Source: Cenococcum geophilum
Lineage: Eukaryota
Direction: 5' to 3'
DNA: 64,000 bases
Assembly: GCA_050273025.1 (NCBI GenBank)
Contig: CP158635.1
Span: 4,960,001 to 5,024,000 of the forward strand
The notes under the pieces were generated by a model. That model searched no databases and had not been told where the DNA came from. It saw nothing but the letters and a program-made list of their open reading frames with translations. Shown here in pieces: positions 1-12,354 of the stretch; the stretch's first letter is position 1; each line of letters opens with the position of its first letter. The position numbers and the translations under genes are program-made.

Positions 1-369
1 TAGCCGTTGAGGATTAGAGGATTGGTAGTAGGATACCAGCCACAATTAAAGGCCTTTTTAAATAGATATTGCAGTGATCGATGCTTAATTTAGGTGATAT
101 TTTGAATTTTCTTAAGGGTTGCTCCTATGGCCTTTATGGCTAGGGCCTGGGCCCTAGTCGCAAGCTAATAAAAGCCCATAGTTAGCACAGTAAAATTCAA
201 GCTTTGGTGGTTCTTGCAAGCAGTTTTAGAGGAAATTGCAGCTATTTGGTGGTGTTAGTGTCGGTGTGATTGAAGTATTCTGCCGTCAGAATATTTAGGC
301 GGTCAGTGGGCGGTCAGCCAAACTGCCTAATCGGGAAGGTGCAAGAATATATGTTAGCGACCTCCGTAG
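1..369 (-). mobile_element. RIP-degraded Tc1/mariner-like transposase 5' remnant, truncated by window edge
   Basis: Minus strand reads AQALAIKAIGATLKKIQNIT*IKHRSLQYLFKKAFNCGW, resembling fungal Tc1-type N-terminal HTH region; stop codons and TpA excess; ends at a TA near 369. Confidence 0.4.
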
Positions 370-681
370 ACAAAATTTAATTTAATACGATTAACTGCTT
401 ATATCTAATATTTTATATAATATAGCTATAACGTTATTATTTAATGCAATAGATAGAGAAGCTAAAGAGGCTGGGCAAGGCATACAGGCTTTGCCTAGTT
501 TGCTCCATTCCACCAATACACATACGAGTTTTTCGCCATAAAATAATTAAAGCACTCACTTGATTTAGAAATTGCTGCAAGCACTCCAGGCGTATAACGT
601 AAAGAAGAGAGCATTACGGCGAGCCTCACCAGATCACGAAGGCTTTCACACACCTCTAGCACATCTTTTTCCATCATACTC

Positions 682-2178
682 CTATTCCGCTATGCTCGTA
701 TCACCTTTCTTGACTTGATGCATACCGATCTTTACCATAGGACTTTTCATCAGCTTCCCCCAATCATGAATAGACTTCGTTTGCGCCAGCGAAATCTGCA
801 TTTCCCTAGTCCCTCGTTCGAACACTTCTTCATCGTACGCTTTGATAGCTTCAGACAGACTCTTAGCACCGCTCGCCGCCTCCTTGATAGCCGCTGTAAA
901 GGTTGATGAGTCCTGAATCGCAGAGTTAAATCCTTGTCCTCTGTCTAGCAAGCATGTTAACGATAGCTCTAATCGCTAGATGCACGCTTGGATAAAAGGA
1001 GAATACTCACGCGGCGTCATTGGATGTGCAGCGTCTCCACACAGCGTCATCTTGCCATTCCTGTTATCCCATGGTGCTGCTCGCTCCCAATAAGTGCCCG
1101 AATCAATAGGAATTTTAGTTCCCTCCTTGACCCATAATCCAGCAGATTTCCACGGTTCTGCCCATTGCTCTGCAATTCGTTTGACGAATGCCAGCCTACC
1201 CGCTTCGTTATTTTCAGTCTCCGGGATTGGATTATCCATCCAGCTCATGAAAATCTGGAAAGTCCATGTTTCGGGCTTATCAGGGTCCGGGACATCTTGG
1301 ACTGAGAGTACTCAGCAGTCGGCAACCAAGCTGAAATGGCGAATCCTAGATGGTTAGGAAAGAAAGGACAGCCTACTAGAGAGCCAGAACATCACCCCCA
1401 AGTCCGGATGAATACTCGTCACAAACAGCGGATTCAGGCTCCTCACATGCAGCGCCTGCTCCGCCGTATACACCTGCGTGAAATTGATTATCGACACCGG
1501 CACCGTCGTCACCTGTGCCGCCTCTTCCCCGCAAACCACCTCCCTGACCCTCGACCGCGCGCCATCACACCCCACCAGCACATCGCCCACCACCCTCGTC
1601 CCATCCGCGAACACAGCAACGACCTGCTCGCCCTCCTCCACCGCTTCCACAAACTCCTTCCCGTACTGGACGGTCAGCCCCTCGCTGAACAGCTTCCGCA
1701 GCTTCCGCCTGCTGACCCGACACGGCCGCTCCCCCGCCATCGTCATCAGCAGCTCGCCCGTCTTGCCGTTATGCACAGGCAAGCCGGTGACCGCGTCCGC
1801 GGACATGCTGGGGTCCGCGTACGTCTCCGAAATGCGCGCCGTGAGGGCCGGTGGCAGGCAGGATGCCAGGTGCGAGGAGCCCCAGTGCATCGTCATGCCC
1901 CATTCGCGCGGGCGGGTTTGGTAGGAAGTCGAGGTTTCGTACTCGAAGAGTGAGTAGGGGAGGCCGGCCTAGGGCGGCTTGAGTTGAGGATGGCTTGGTG
2001 GAGGGTTGGTGGGAGGGGAGCGCGGGAAGTTACCTTTTTGAGGCCTTGGGCAACGAGGAGGCCGGTCGTGCCTGGGTTGGTTGGTGAGGTGGAATAACTG
2101 ATGTTTATGTGGTAGGAAAGATTTGGTTCACTTACCTGCCCCGATAATGATTGTGTGAAGCTTTTTCTCGTTCGCCAT
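682..2178 (-). CDS. FAD-dependent monooxygenase (multi-exon)
   Basis: Spliced N-terminus MANEKKLHTIIIGAG-TTGLLVAQGLKK (Rossmann motif), VGCDGARS (DG motif), LCGDAAHPM..RGQGFN (GD motif); canonical introns join ORFs 1354-1896, 976-1248 and 682-951. Confidence 0.9.
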
Positions 2179-2899
2179 GACCTTAGGTGTATCGGTTCAG
2201 TGTGAACTGGATGCAGGAGACACGGAAATAATTGAGTTTGAATAATTGAAAGGAGGGGCTTGAAAGAGAGATCAGGTTGATTTAAACATCCCGTGTTGCG
2301 GGTTAAGGTGGATGGATGGATCCAGTAAGGGTCCCGCAGACCAGCCACCCAGCACGTGGGCGATTTTCTATTCGATGGAACTAGCTATGCAGCACACTGG
2401 TGGATCGTATTACAAAAACTCAATTGCGAGAGTCATAGCCCAGATCAGCGGTGTTTTCGATTGGAGAATGGGTATGGTGAGCTTATGGCGTCTCGTACGA
2501 TTCTTGATTGGAGGATGTAAACTGTGGAGATGGAGTAGTTCTGCCTCAATTTCATACACTCTCCTCTGCACTGACTTGTTGGGTATAAATTCTGCAGTAA
2601 GCTGTGGGGAGATAACATTAAATCTTCACATCTCCGGATGTGAACTATTATTGGGCTGTTATGACAGAATGATTACTTTCACGGATTCGTCCGGAACTGA
2701 TATGAGTGGGAGTCCGAGGTCCAGTTATCTACTATAGCATAAAACCTCAACTGAGTCGAGTTTCTGAGTCTATTCTTTCAGTCATATGAATCTTTAAACC
2801 CTTTCTAATGGGCTAAGGAGCATACGCTAAACTATCCAAAATGCCTCATGTCATAAACGTTTCATGAAGCTGCTTCATCCTCGTTACCAACATCGTGGT

Positions 2900-4515
2900 T
2901 TAGTCTTTGAACTCATCCATAAATTCTTTATGGAACTTAACAATCCTACCAACCCATTCGGTACCGGGGGCCAGGAAAGTTGTCCTGAAATGCAGCGTTC
3001 CCTCTTTCTGGCCAAACCCTGAGCCAGCAACAACGCAAATACCCGTAGCGTCGAGCAAGCGGAAAGCATAGAACTCGTCCGGTTTGCGGCCTTCTTTCTC
3101 GGCCTGTTCTATAGCTTTGGGTGGGATGGTGATGGTTGGGAAAAGGTACATGGAGCCCTAAATTGAAGTATCAGTACTAGAATCCCGTGATTGTGTTGTG
3201 TGATAAATGGACCCATGGGAAAGAAACTTAAGAGAAATGAGGTTCTTACAGCAGGTGTCTGACAACTCACGCCCTCCATCTGCTTGAATGCTTCATAGAG
3301 AGCAAACGCCCGCTTCTTAAGACCTTCGTAAATGCCATCGTACTCGCTCTTGTATAGCTCGTAGCTTGGCTCACTCTCCTTCGGTGGGTTCACCATCATC
3401 TCCACTATACACTGCCCAATAACCGGCGGACAGAGCTGAATACTGACGAATTTGTAGATCTCAGCCGCAACAGCCGGGTCGAAACCAACGAGCTCAAAGT
3501 ATCCTCCACGGTGCCCGCACTCACCAACCATACCCTTAGAGATACTGTGTAAAGACACCAGTTCGATATTATCGTACTCGCCCGGAGAGGCCTTCTGCAA
3601 GTCCCGAAGACCTTTCTTGAAGGAGAGAAATTCGCCCTCGAAGACGTTGGTTTGGTAGACCTCGTCAGCCATCACAACTAACTTCTTCTCGGCCGCAAAC
3701 TCCAGGACGCTCTTTATGTCTGCCGCTGGCAGACTTGCGCCTGTGGGGTTGCCTGGATTGATTATAACAATGGCCTTGACATCCGTCCCTTCTGCGATGG
3801 CCTTATCGTATGCTGACCGAATTTCGGCAAGGTCGGTACCCCAGGAGTGGCTCTCGTTGAGATAGTATGGAACGCATCGAGCATCGAGCACGGAGAGTGT
3901 GGCAGTATAGAGGGGATATTGAGGAATTGGGACGAGGATGCCGCTTTCGGGCTTAGAGCAGATGATGTGAAGGAGCGTGTTAACACCGGAAGAAGCTCCT
4001 GCGCTGAGGAAGATGTTGGCAGAGTCTGCTGGGTAGCCATCTCGTCCTGGAGCTTGCAGTCAGTTCTGTCACGACTTTTAGCAGTGTGCAATGTGAGACG
4101 CACCCTCGATGAACTTCGAAACGCTCTCCCGAATGCCTGGAACGCCTTGGCTCTGGCTGTAGGCTCCTACGCTCTTGACTTCCTTCAATAACCACTTGGC
4201 CCTCGCAATGACATCTGATTTATATCCAAGGGCCTCCGTCAAGATATCCTCCTTTTCCAATAGTGTCGGGTTTTCTAAAAGACTGGCAACTTGTCTGAAG
4301 AAGGTGATAGGTTTCTGGTCCAATTGCTGGGGGTTTCCGATATTCGCTGCAATAATAGTGTCAAATGGCAAATCTCCCTTATCTCCCTTGGCAAGCTGGG
4401 CTCGGTACTTCTCGGAACGCACAGCCAATTCACCACGCACGGCATACCTGGCTGCCTTGACGTGGGGATTGATGTTATCGATATTGAGAGCTCGGAGGGG
4501 CGCGGAGGACGACAT
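2900..4515 (-). CDS. ALT1: Alanine aminotransferase (PLP-dependent)
   Basis: YAVRGE, ANIGNPQQL, INPGNPTG, ADEVYQ, SISKGMVGECGHRGGY (PLP lysine), GSGFGQKEGTLHFRTTFL; introns between ORF pieces. Confidence 0.95.
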
Positions 4516-5072
4516 AGTGCGGCTCGCTATGGTAAATTTATAGGGGAGAGGAGGACGGGAGAGGAGAGCTGGTCTGGTATCTAGAACAGCAAAACAACAA
4601 TCTTTAGTATCTCTCCCAAGGCCTTGCTTTTTCGGCTTGCGCTGGTGTTGGGAGGTAAATTTTTTTCTGCGCAGACGCGTGCCCCGCTACACTTTGCCTC
4701 GGTGGGGGGAAGAGCGGTAGGTTTGAGATATTACCTCTGTTAGTCACATAAAGTCTCAGTGCCTGGTTAGGTGAGCCATTGATTTTATGCAAACGTCCCG
4801 CAAGACAATCGTATGACTGAACCCTCCCTGCCCTACGTGCTGATGACGGCCACATTGACGCGACTATCTTATCGCCCATGCCTCCTGCCTTCCCCACCAT
4901 TGCTACTCCCCGGAGATATGATCGAGGGGGATGATCGAATGTAGATCGCAACGAGCAACGAGCTAATTTGGAGGAGTTGCTATAACGCGCAAAAGCATTG
5001 GAGGGGGCGCCTAAGGCTTCTAATGCCCTTTAATATGGTCTCAGCCCCTCCGTTAGGATAAACTTCCTCGTA

Positions 5073-5580
5073 CTACTTTTTGCGAAAGTGCTGCGAAATT
5101 TTTAGTAAGCAAACTTCCCTCACACGCGCACAATAGCTTTCTATAAAATGCCACTTTATAGGTATAGATATATAGCAGCTTATTATATAATATAGTAGTA
5201 AAGCTTTAGGGATAGGTAGTATTTAGAGGCTGGTAAGATCTGGAGAGTGGGGCAGTTTTGGTAACCACGTGATAGCCTTGGCAATAAAAAACACAATTTT
5301 AGATATTATACTTAACCCAAAGCTCTACTACCTGAAACTCTACAACCACTTTGTATATTAAGAGCAAAGCCAATAGAACCAATCAGATCAAGTTGATGCC
5401 CAATTATCATTTTGCCAGTGCACGGATCACCAAATGGTAGGACGCTACCAGGGGAAGCGATAGTGCAGTATCTGTTCTATCTACTTAGTTTTATAAGACT
5501 TGCTTTGGTTGCAGAGCGAGTGTATGCGTGTGCGGGTGGCTCACTTAATTAGATTTTCGCAGCACTTTCGCAAAAGTTAG
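5073..5580. mobile_element. Non-autonomous Tc1/mariner-type MITE (about 508 bp)
   Basis: Imperfect TIRs sharing TTTTGCGAAAGTGCTGCGAAA (near 5078-5098, inverted near 5555-5575) plus CACACGC further inside; TA on both flanks (5071-72, 5581-82); AT-rich non-coding interior. Confidence 0.8.
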
Positions 5581-5847
5581 TAAGCTAGACTAATTGCATG
5601 TCCGATGCACACTCATCTCCCGTCTGCTGTGGGATCGTTGCGCCCTTCACGTACATATTGCAAAAACCGGTCGCACGTGGGATTAAGCGGCGAAGTAGGA
5701 GAATTGATATCAAGACAAGCCGTGGAAAAATAGCAGCAAGGGCCATGCTTGGCACGCTCAATACCACACCTGGCCGTTGTGGACCTCAGCGAGGGTATGG
5801 CTATCTATATTCTACTTGTACATACTCGCTTAATGTTCCAAAATTGA

Positions 5848-7414
5848 CTATCCCCTTTCACTGCCCCGTAACCTCACCGCCTGCCCATACTTCTGGAGCT
5901 TCGTGATGAGCTGGTCACCCTGCTTGACAACATCCGAGTATTGTTTGTTCTTGTCGTCCGGACGATTAGTTTCAATAATCCCCTTGACGCGATCAATAGT
6001 ACAAGGTATACGATCAGCGGCGATGAACTTGGCCAGGTCCCTATAGCATGTTAGATCAGTGTTCGGGACTCTTTGAGGGTTTAAGAACTTACTTGTCAAG
6101 GAAGTCCACCGACACACCAAAGTCGTTGGCCATGCTAGTTAAACCAACAACTCTGTAGCTCTGGAGAAGTTGCTGGTAACCTCGCAAACGCATCTCACGG
6201 ACAAACCAGCCCTTGTGTTCATACAAATACCGATCCTGACTGAGGAAATTATCTTCAACATCGCCAAGAGCTGTGAAGAAATTCTTGTAATCGCCTGTGT
6301 AAAGGCTGCTGACCAATTTGGTAAGGGGACCGAAATCAATGGAAGCCTCGGTATCTTGCTGGCCTCCATGCGATTGTCCAATTGTTGTCAAGTTGACAGC
6401 AGGAGTCGCAGTCGAGCCGGAAGTCTTGCCCATTTCCTCATCACCAGCTGCCGGCCCTGCAGACAACTGTCCTGCTAATGCTGATAGCTTCTCCTCGCCG
6501 TTGCCAAGTATAGCCTTAATCTCCGGTGCATCCACAACTTTCGACTTGAAATCTACACGTTTCAAAGACACGGAGCCGGCGAGGACGGCGTAGATTACGA
6601 GCGAGGAATAGTTACACAGCTCATAACTGGTGAAAGTAGATAAACTGTCGAGAAGGAGCGGAGCTGCTTGGGCGTGCGATCGAACAGTAAGAAGGTGTAG
6701 GCCTTGGTAAGCCTTCAGGCGGTTGCGACGGTCCCAGTCACCACCACTCTCGACAAGTGCAGTAGCTCTTTCTACAGTCTTCTTGACGAGTATCTTATCT
6801 CCGAAGAATAAACCGATTCGTATTATTGCGAGGACGAGGTCGATTTTGGTACCTAGAATGCCGGTCTTCTCGAATACAGCTTCGTATCCAGCAATAGCTT
6901 TCTCCTATGGCAGACAGCCTATCAGTTCTGAGCAGCGTAGGCACATAAAGTTACCTACCTTGTCCCCGATGCGGGTATAAAATTCCGCTCGCTTTCCCCG
7001 GGCTGTTTGTATTTCCGTCTCTCCAGCCTTCTCCGTAGCTTCATCCTCTTCCTTCTGTATCGCTTCAAGCTCCTTCTCATTATCTGCCTTGAACTCCTCA
7101 TAGAGAGCTTCATCCCAGGGTAGGTTGACTTCGAGACTCGGATTCCTTGTGGCTAGGAAAGTCGACGCACTTGACGAAGGTCTTCGGTGGCCTGCCGGTT
7201 GTGATACCGTGCCCTCCCCAGGTGTATTCAGGATGCCCTCAATAGGATGGGCAAGGTGTCTGTAGAGCGGTGCCATCTTATGTTCTCGGATAGCATCTTG
7301 AAGGGACTTGAGGGAAGCTTGTTTGCTAGCTCTTGTGGAAGACGGATTGGTAAGTTGGAAGATGTGTTGAGACAACTGGAGGTTAGGATACTTCGCAAAC
7401 TGAGGGTCTCCCAT
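5848..7414 (-). CDS. RPN7: 26S proteasome lid subunit Rpn7 (PCI domain)
   Basis: MAPLY, AGETEI, GGDWDRRNRLKAY, REMRLRGYQQLLQSY, IDRVKGIIETNRPDDKNKQY..VKQGDQL; two introns. Confidence 0.96.
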
Positions 7415-7781
7415 GGCGGATAGCTTATGAAGCTAATAAGAGGCAGCGGAAGTGTAAGATGGAAGAGAGGAAGGTCTTAAAGCGAGGTCACGTTGCTGTA
7501 CGTAGTGATGGACAAACTGCGAAGCTGAGCGGGAAGCTGTCGCACGGCGAATAATCGGCAGGATAAACTCTTGGCGGGCAGTGGTTTCCATAACCTTTCT
7601 TTCCTCATTAACCTAAAATCAAATCAAGTGAAATACTTAATAAATTCCACTAACTAAACTCATTCGATCTCGAAAACTAAGCAGCAATTCTTTACATTAT
7701 CCGCGCGACCCCGAGGATTACAGCAGCATTGTCCCAAGCCTTATACACTTCCACCCCAATATCAGAGCAACCGCCGACACT

Positions 7782-9119
7782 ATGGATTCAAGCAAAAACC
7801 CGGGGAACAGCAAGAAACGTGCCCGTTCGCCCTCTCGCTCCCCATCTCGATCCCCGCCTCGGCAACGAAAGCGTCCTGGTGCTGCGTCCCGTCTCACTGC
7901 GGCTGACCGCGAAGCAGCCCGAAAACGGCAGCTTGAAAGGGAAAAGGAGACTGAACAAAAAGCACATGCTGAAGCAGCCGCCCGAGGTGTCCATGATGTT
8001 GTCAAGCAGCACTACAACATGGTCCCCGAGCGTGGTCGTGAATGGAGAAAGACGGACAGTAGGATTAAGGGTCTGCGGAGTTACAACAACTGGGTCAAGT
8101 CATCTACGATACAGAAATTCACCCCAGATGAGCATCACATAAAGATCTTAGATATTGGATGCGGCAAGGGAGGAGATCTGCAGAAGTGGCAGTCTTCTCG
8201 GCGAGTTGAGCTGTATGTTGGGTGTGACCCGGCGGATGTCTCCATCACCCAGGCTCGGGAACGATATCAGCAGATGCAAAAGCGATTAAGGAGGGGACAG
8301 CATCTCTTCCATGCCGAGTTCTACACGAAAGACTGCTTCGGCGAGTGGTTAGGAGATATACCCATCATCAAGGAAGTGGGAATTGATCCAGGCGTTGGTC
8401 CTGGAAATGCAGCAAGCCAGAGATGGGGCGGTGGTGGCTTTGATGTTGTGTCGATGATGTTCTGCATGCACTATGCTTTCGAGAGTGAAGAGAAAGCAAG
8501 AGGGATGCTACGCAACGTGGCAGGGTCATTGAAAAAAGGAGGCCGTTTCTTAGGGGTTATCCCTAACTCTGACGTGCTTTCAGCCAAAGTTCAAGAACAC
8601 CACAAGAGCCACGCAAAGCAAGTCACGAATGATCCTGTCGACTATGAAGACAATGATGATTGGGATCCCGAGAAAAGTCTTGACGTTCCGGAGCAAAAAG
8701 AATCGCCGAAGGGGAAAGAAGCAGAGGACCAAGAGGATGGAGAAGTTGAGGAAGAGGGTTTTGAGTGGGGCAATAGCATCTACCGGGTGAAATTTCCGGG
8801 AAAGACTCCAGAGGATGGTGTCTTCAGACCACCATTCGGGTGGAAATACTTCTACTTCTTGGAAGAAGCCGTTGAGGAGGTGCCGGAGTATGTCGTTCCG
8901 TGGGAAGCATTCCGTGCGTTGGCCGAAGACTATAACCTTGAGCTGCAATACCGCAAGCCTTTCAACGAAGTCTGGGATGAGCAGAAGGATGACCCTATTC
9001 TGGGTCCATTGAGTGAGCGGATGGGTGTCCGAGACCGGGTGGATGGTCGATTACTGGTGACAAAGGAAGAACTGGATGCGGCGAGCTTCTATCATACTTT
9101 CTGCTTCTACAAAGTCTGA
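7782..9119 (+). CDS. ABD1: mRNA cap guanine-N7 methyltransferase
   Basis: Single 445-aa ORF: LRSYNNWVKS, SAM motif LDIGCGKGGDLQKW, FCMHYAFESE, VPEYVVPW. Confidence 0.96.
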   Translation: MDSSKNPGNSKKRARSPSRSPSRSPPRQRKRPGAASRLTAADREAARKRQLEREKETEQKAHAEAAARGVHDVVKQHYNMVPERGREWRKTDSRIKGLRSYNNWVKSSTIQKFTPDEHHIKILDIGCGKGGDLQKWQSSRRVELYVGCDPADVSITQARERYQQMQKRLRRGQHLFHAEFYTKDCFGEWLGDIPIIKEVGIDPGVGPGNAASQRWGGGGFDVVSMMFCMHYAFESEEKARGMLRNVAGSLKKGGRFLGVIPNSDVLSAKVQEHHKSHAKQVTNDPVDYEDNDDWDPEKSLDVPEQKESPKGKEAEDQEDGEVEEEGFEWGNSIYRVKFPGKTPEDGVFRPPFGWKYFYFLEEAVEEVPEYVVPWEAFRALAEDYNLELQYRKPFNEVWDEQKDDPILGPLSERMGVRDRVDGRLLVTKEELDAASFYHTFCFYKV

Positions 9120-9376
9120 AGGATATTGTCTTCGCTACACTGACTCAAGCATCTTAAAAGTGTTTAGGAGTTCTGATGACGATCGGATAGGTGGAAGGGA
9201 ATTTAGCTATACCCGATAGCTATAGGGGTGTGAGATTTTTATAGAAATATTATGGCTAATTGGACGTAATCTTCGAAGTGAGCCATCCAATGCGCAGCGA
9301 CAGATTGTGAAATGCCGGAATATGCTTTTTGTATGAACCGCACGTGATGTCATCCATGAATGCCGCGGCGCGTCTG

Positions 9377-9382
9377 CCGAGG
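9377..9382. promoter_or_regulatory. Candidate FarA/Ctf1-type fatty-acid response element (CCGAGG = CCTCGG reverse)
   Basis: Hexamer about 180 bp upstream of the PEX11 ATG; this motif is known upstream of peroxisomal and beta-oxidation genes in filamentous ascomycetes; a hexamer can occur by chance. Confidence 0.45.
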
Positions 9383-9560
9383 CTCTTCCACGGCTTCCAG
9401 AAATCACAAGCCTGGCCAACACTATTCAAACACTATTCAGCCACCCTTCATACACACAGCCATTTATCTCTTATATCATCTAGATTTCTAATTAGATCTT
9501 GATATTATCACCAGAGCTTGATACTATCGCCCAATCTTGAGGATAGTCAATCCGCTCAAT

Positions 9561-10809
9561 ATGGTTGCAGACGCTCTCATTTATCACCCGACGGTATCGC
9601 ATTATCTCAAATATGTTGCAACGACGGGTATGTCTTCAGCTTTTCACCTCATGACTTGAATGGTTCTCCTACGGATACATTCTAGCTTTCTTTCCTATCC
9701 TGGAATCCCCCTCCATCACCTTATCATCTTCGTTCTCTCCTATCCCCTTCCCCTCCCCCGCCATCAACACCGTCCTCAATTGCACCGCACTAATCATGCC
9801 TACCTTCCATAGTCGGTCGCGACAAGCTCCTTCGCACTATTCAATACTTCTCACGCTTCCTTTCATGGTATCTATACCGGACCAACCACCCGCAATCCTC
9901 AATCCAGCCATTCGAGACCCTGAAAAAGCAGTTCGGGCTGACGCGCAAGCTAATGCGTTTCGGCAAATTCGTGGAGCACTTCAAAGCGGCGGCAGTGGCT
10001 GCTGATGCGAAGGCTATGGACCCAGTGCTAAGATACTGCGCGGTTGGGAGGCAGTTGGGTTATGCAGGGTACTTGACTCTGGATGCCATGACAGTAGTAT
10101 GTAGGCGTTTCATCTGGATTGGAAAGGAAGACTGGAGTTGCAGCTCGACACCGCTGCCAATATGGCGGCACTGCGTGTGGTAGCAATTCTGTTGTGCTTA
10201 GGACAGGGAACATGTATGACGCGCGGATGCGGGAATATTTGGATTATTTGGATCCAGGATACGTATCACACTGCTAACTGCTAAATCATATAGCTCGACG
10301 CAACTGGCATTAAGAAGTTCGCCGCTTCTCAGCGCCTGGTCCGCGAAGCATACAAGTCCTGGTTCGCAGGTCTTTCCTTCAGCGCCGCATCAGGCATATA
10401 CACGCTTTACAAGCTACGCCAGCGCGCAGCACAGGTTGATAATAAAGACGGAGAGGGTGTTGTAGAGAGCAAGAAACTAGAAAGGTCAGTAGAATTTTAT
10501 TTACTCGTATATCGGTCCATTTGTTGGGGACTTTTTTGCCGTATTCTGAAGCATCGGGCCGAATATCTCGAATTGGGAAGATGCGGGTCCGAAGCAGTGA
10601 TCCGATCCGTGAAGCGGAATCGTTGCTGACGAGACTTGCCGTATAGGGAGAACAATGCCGTTAGGGTGCAGCTCATTTCCGACCTCTGCGATCTCGCGAT
10701 ACCCATCGCGGCACTGGGTTGGCTCGATTTGGATGAGGGCATTGTTGGCTTGGCCGGTACCGTTAGCTCGTTGATAGGTGTTTATGGAGTTTGGAAGAAG
10801 ACGGCATAA
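9561..10809 (+). CDS. PEX11: Peroxisomal biogenesis factor Pex11
   Basis: Spliced MVADALIYHPTVSHYLKYVATT-VGRDKLLRTIQYFSRF..RKLMRFGKFVEH..QLISDLCDLAIP..GVWKKTA*; three introns. Confidence 0.93.
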
Positions 10810-12354
10810 ACAGCTCACTTGGCATAAAATTTGTTCTCAAGGAAAAGGGCTCGGGGATCTCAGGGAGCGAAGCTAACCCCGTAAAATTTTTAGAGAATAT
10901 GGGAAGCCAAGCTGAGTTTGAGAAGCATTTACGTTTTGTAGACTGGCCTGTTATTTGCTTTTCTTAGCCGTCTATGCATAATTGCCTCCATTTACGAGTT
11001 TCTCTTGTACATTGCAGATTCAATGGATTTAGAATTTTTAGCGGTGTATGTCTTTGAAAAGAGAGCTTTGCAACGTATTTCGACTGCAGGCTTGACAATT
11101 AAATTCTTGCGCAGCTATGAACTTCGCTTTTTCGATATTTGCTCAGCTGCTGCACCAGGGTACGCTGGCCTGGCACTACAGCTTTATTGACAGTAGAATC
11201 AACTTTTGGTGGATGTAAACTTTTTTTGAAACGCAACGATCTCTATGTCAACTTGAACATCTCAGACGTTCTTAGTCGTTGAGAACCCTTCGGGCTCTTT
11301 CACCCTGTCAAACTCTTACAAAATTTCCATTTGCCGACCTACGAATAGAAAATTTAACTACGAGAACAATTGAACTGTTCTCCTGCGTACAGATACCTAA
11401 AAAGGACAGTGACGATGGTAGCACTGATGCACAGACTGCAGACGTCAGCTCTTCTCTCAAAGTCCGGACCAGATTTGTCTCTAATGGGGCTCCGATCCTG
11501 GCTTACCGGCAACTTAGGACCACGTGCTCGGGGTCTTCTTCTCACTCGCCCTTACCAAAAACTTCCTAATAGCCTAGAGAGATATTTCATACGATAAGGC
11601 TCTATCGGCGTCTCCGTAGTGGACGGAACGGGCTCATGGGCTATCTGAAGTTCCTGAAAAGATCCGGAGCCGGGAAGCGAGTGGGTCGTAAGCAGCCACA
11701 ACGATAACTGGGGGCAAGCCAAAACCGATGCCGATAATGGAGGCCCTAAATTAAGCCTTTCGCGTCGATCTTTTACTTCGTATGAGATGGAACCTACTGG
11801 GACAAGTTGGTGCTCTCAATCACCAGCTTAACAAGTTGGCGGCTTCGTTTTCTGGAATATGTTTGCAGCAATGTTTTTTTTCGCAGCGCAAAGTTCCATT
11901 CACAGATCGAAGCTGCGATGACACCCTACCTCATATCTTCTGCAAGCGGCAGGTGGGTTGCGGCAAAGGCGACACACAAGCAATTCACTAAAGCTCGCCG
12001 TGCATTAGCGTGCGCGATGGTGTTGTGTGAATGGCTGATAGTCCAGCGAATGATGATCACACGGCTCGCCCGTTCGAACGACATCTTGTTTGGGAAAACA
12101 AGGTGGTAGTATGTCAGGGAAGTTCCGATAGCTTCAGATACATATTTTTGCTAGACCTTGCTGCTCGGAATTACGTCGCGTGCCCCAGCTAGATCTCCCA
12201 TCTTTTTTTTATCTTTCAGCTCTCGTCCAGCTTTCGCCCAGCTCTCCTCTAGCCCTCTATAGACATTTTCTCTCTGCACCAACTTGCGCGATCCGTACAG
12301 AGAAGCTTGGACCGAGCGCTTTGCTGCAGCGCTCGGATACACCAATCCGACATC

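Noticed and set aside
1336..1953. Long plus-strand ORFs (205 aa, 148 aa) and similar antisense ORFs elsewhere
   Set aside because: Shadows of GC-rich coding exons on the opposite strand; no independent motifs
11521..11526. CACGTG (Pho4/NUC-1-like) upstream of GIT1, and CCCACGTGGG near 34781 upstream of MEU1
   Set aside because: Single hexamers that recur throughout the window, including in LTRs; not distinguishable from chance
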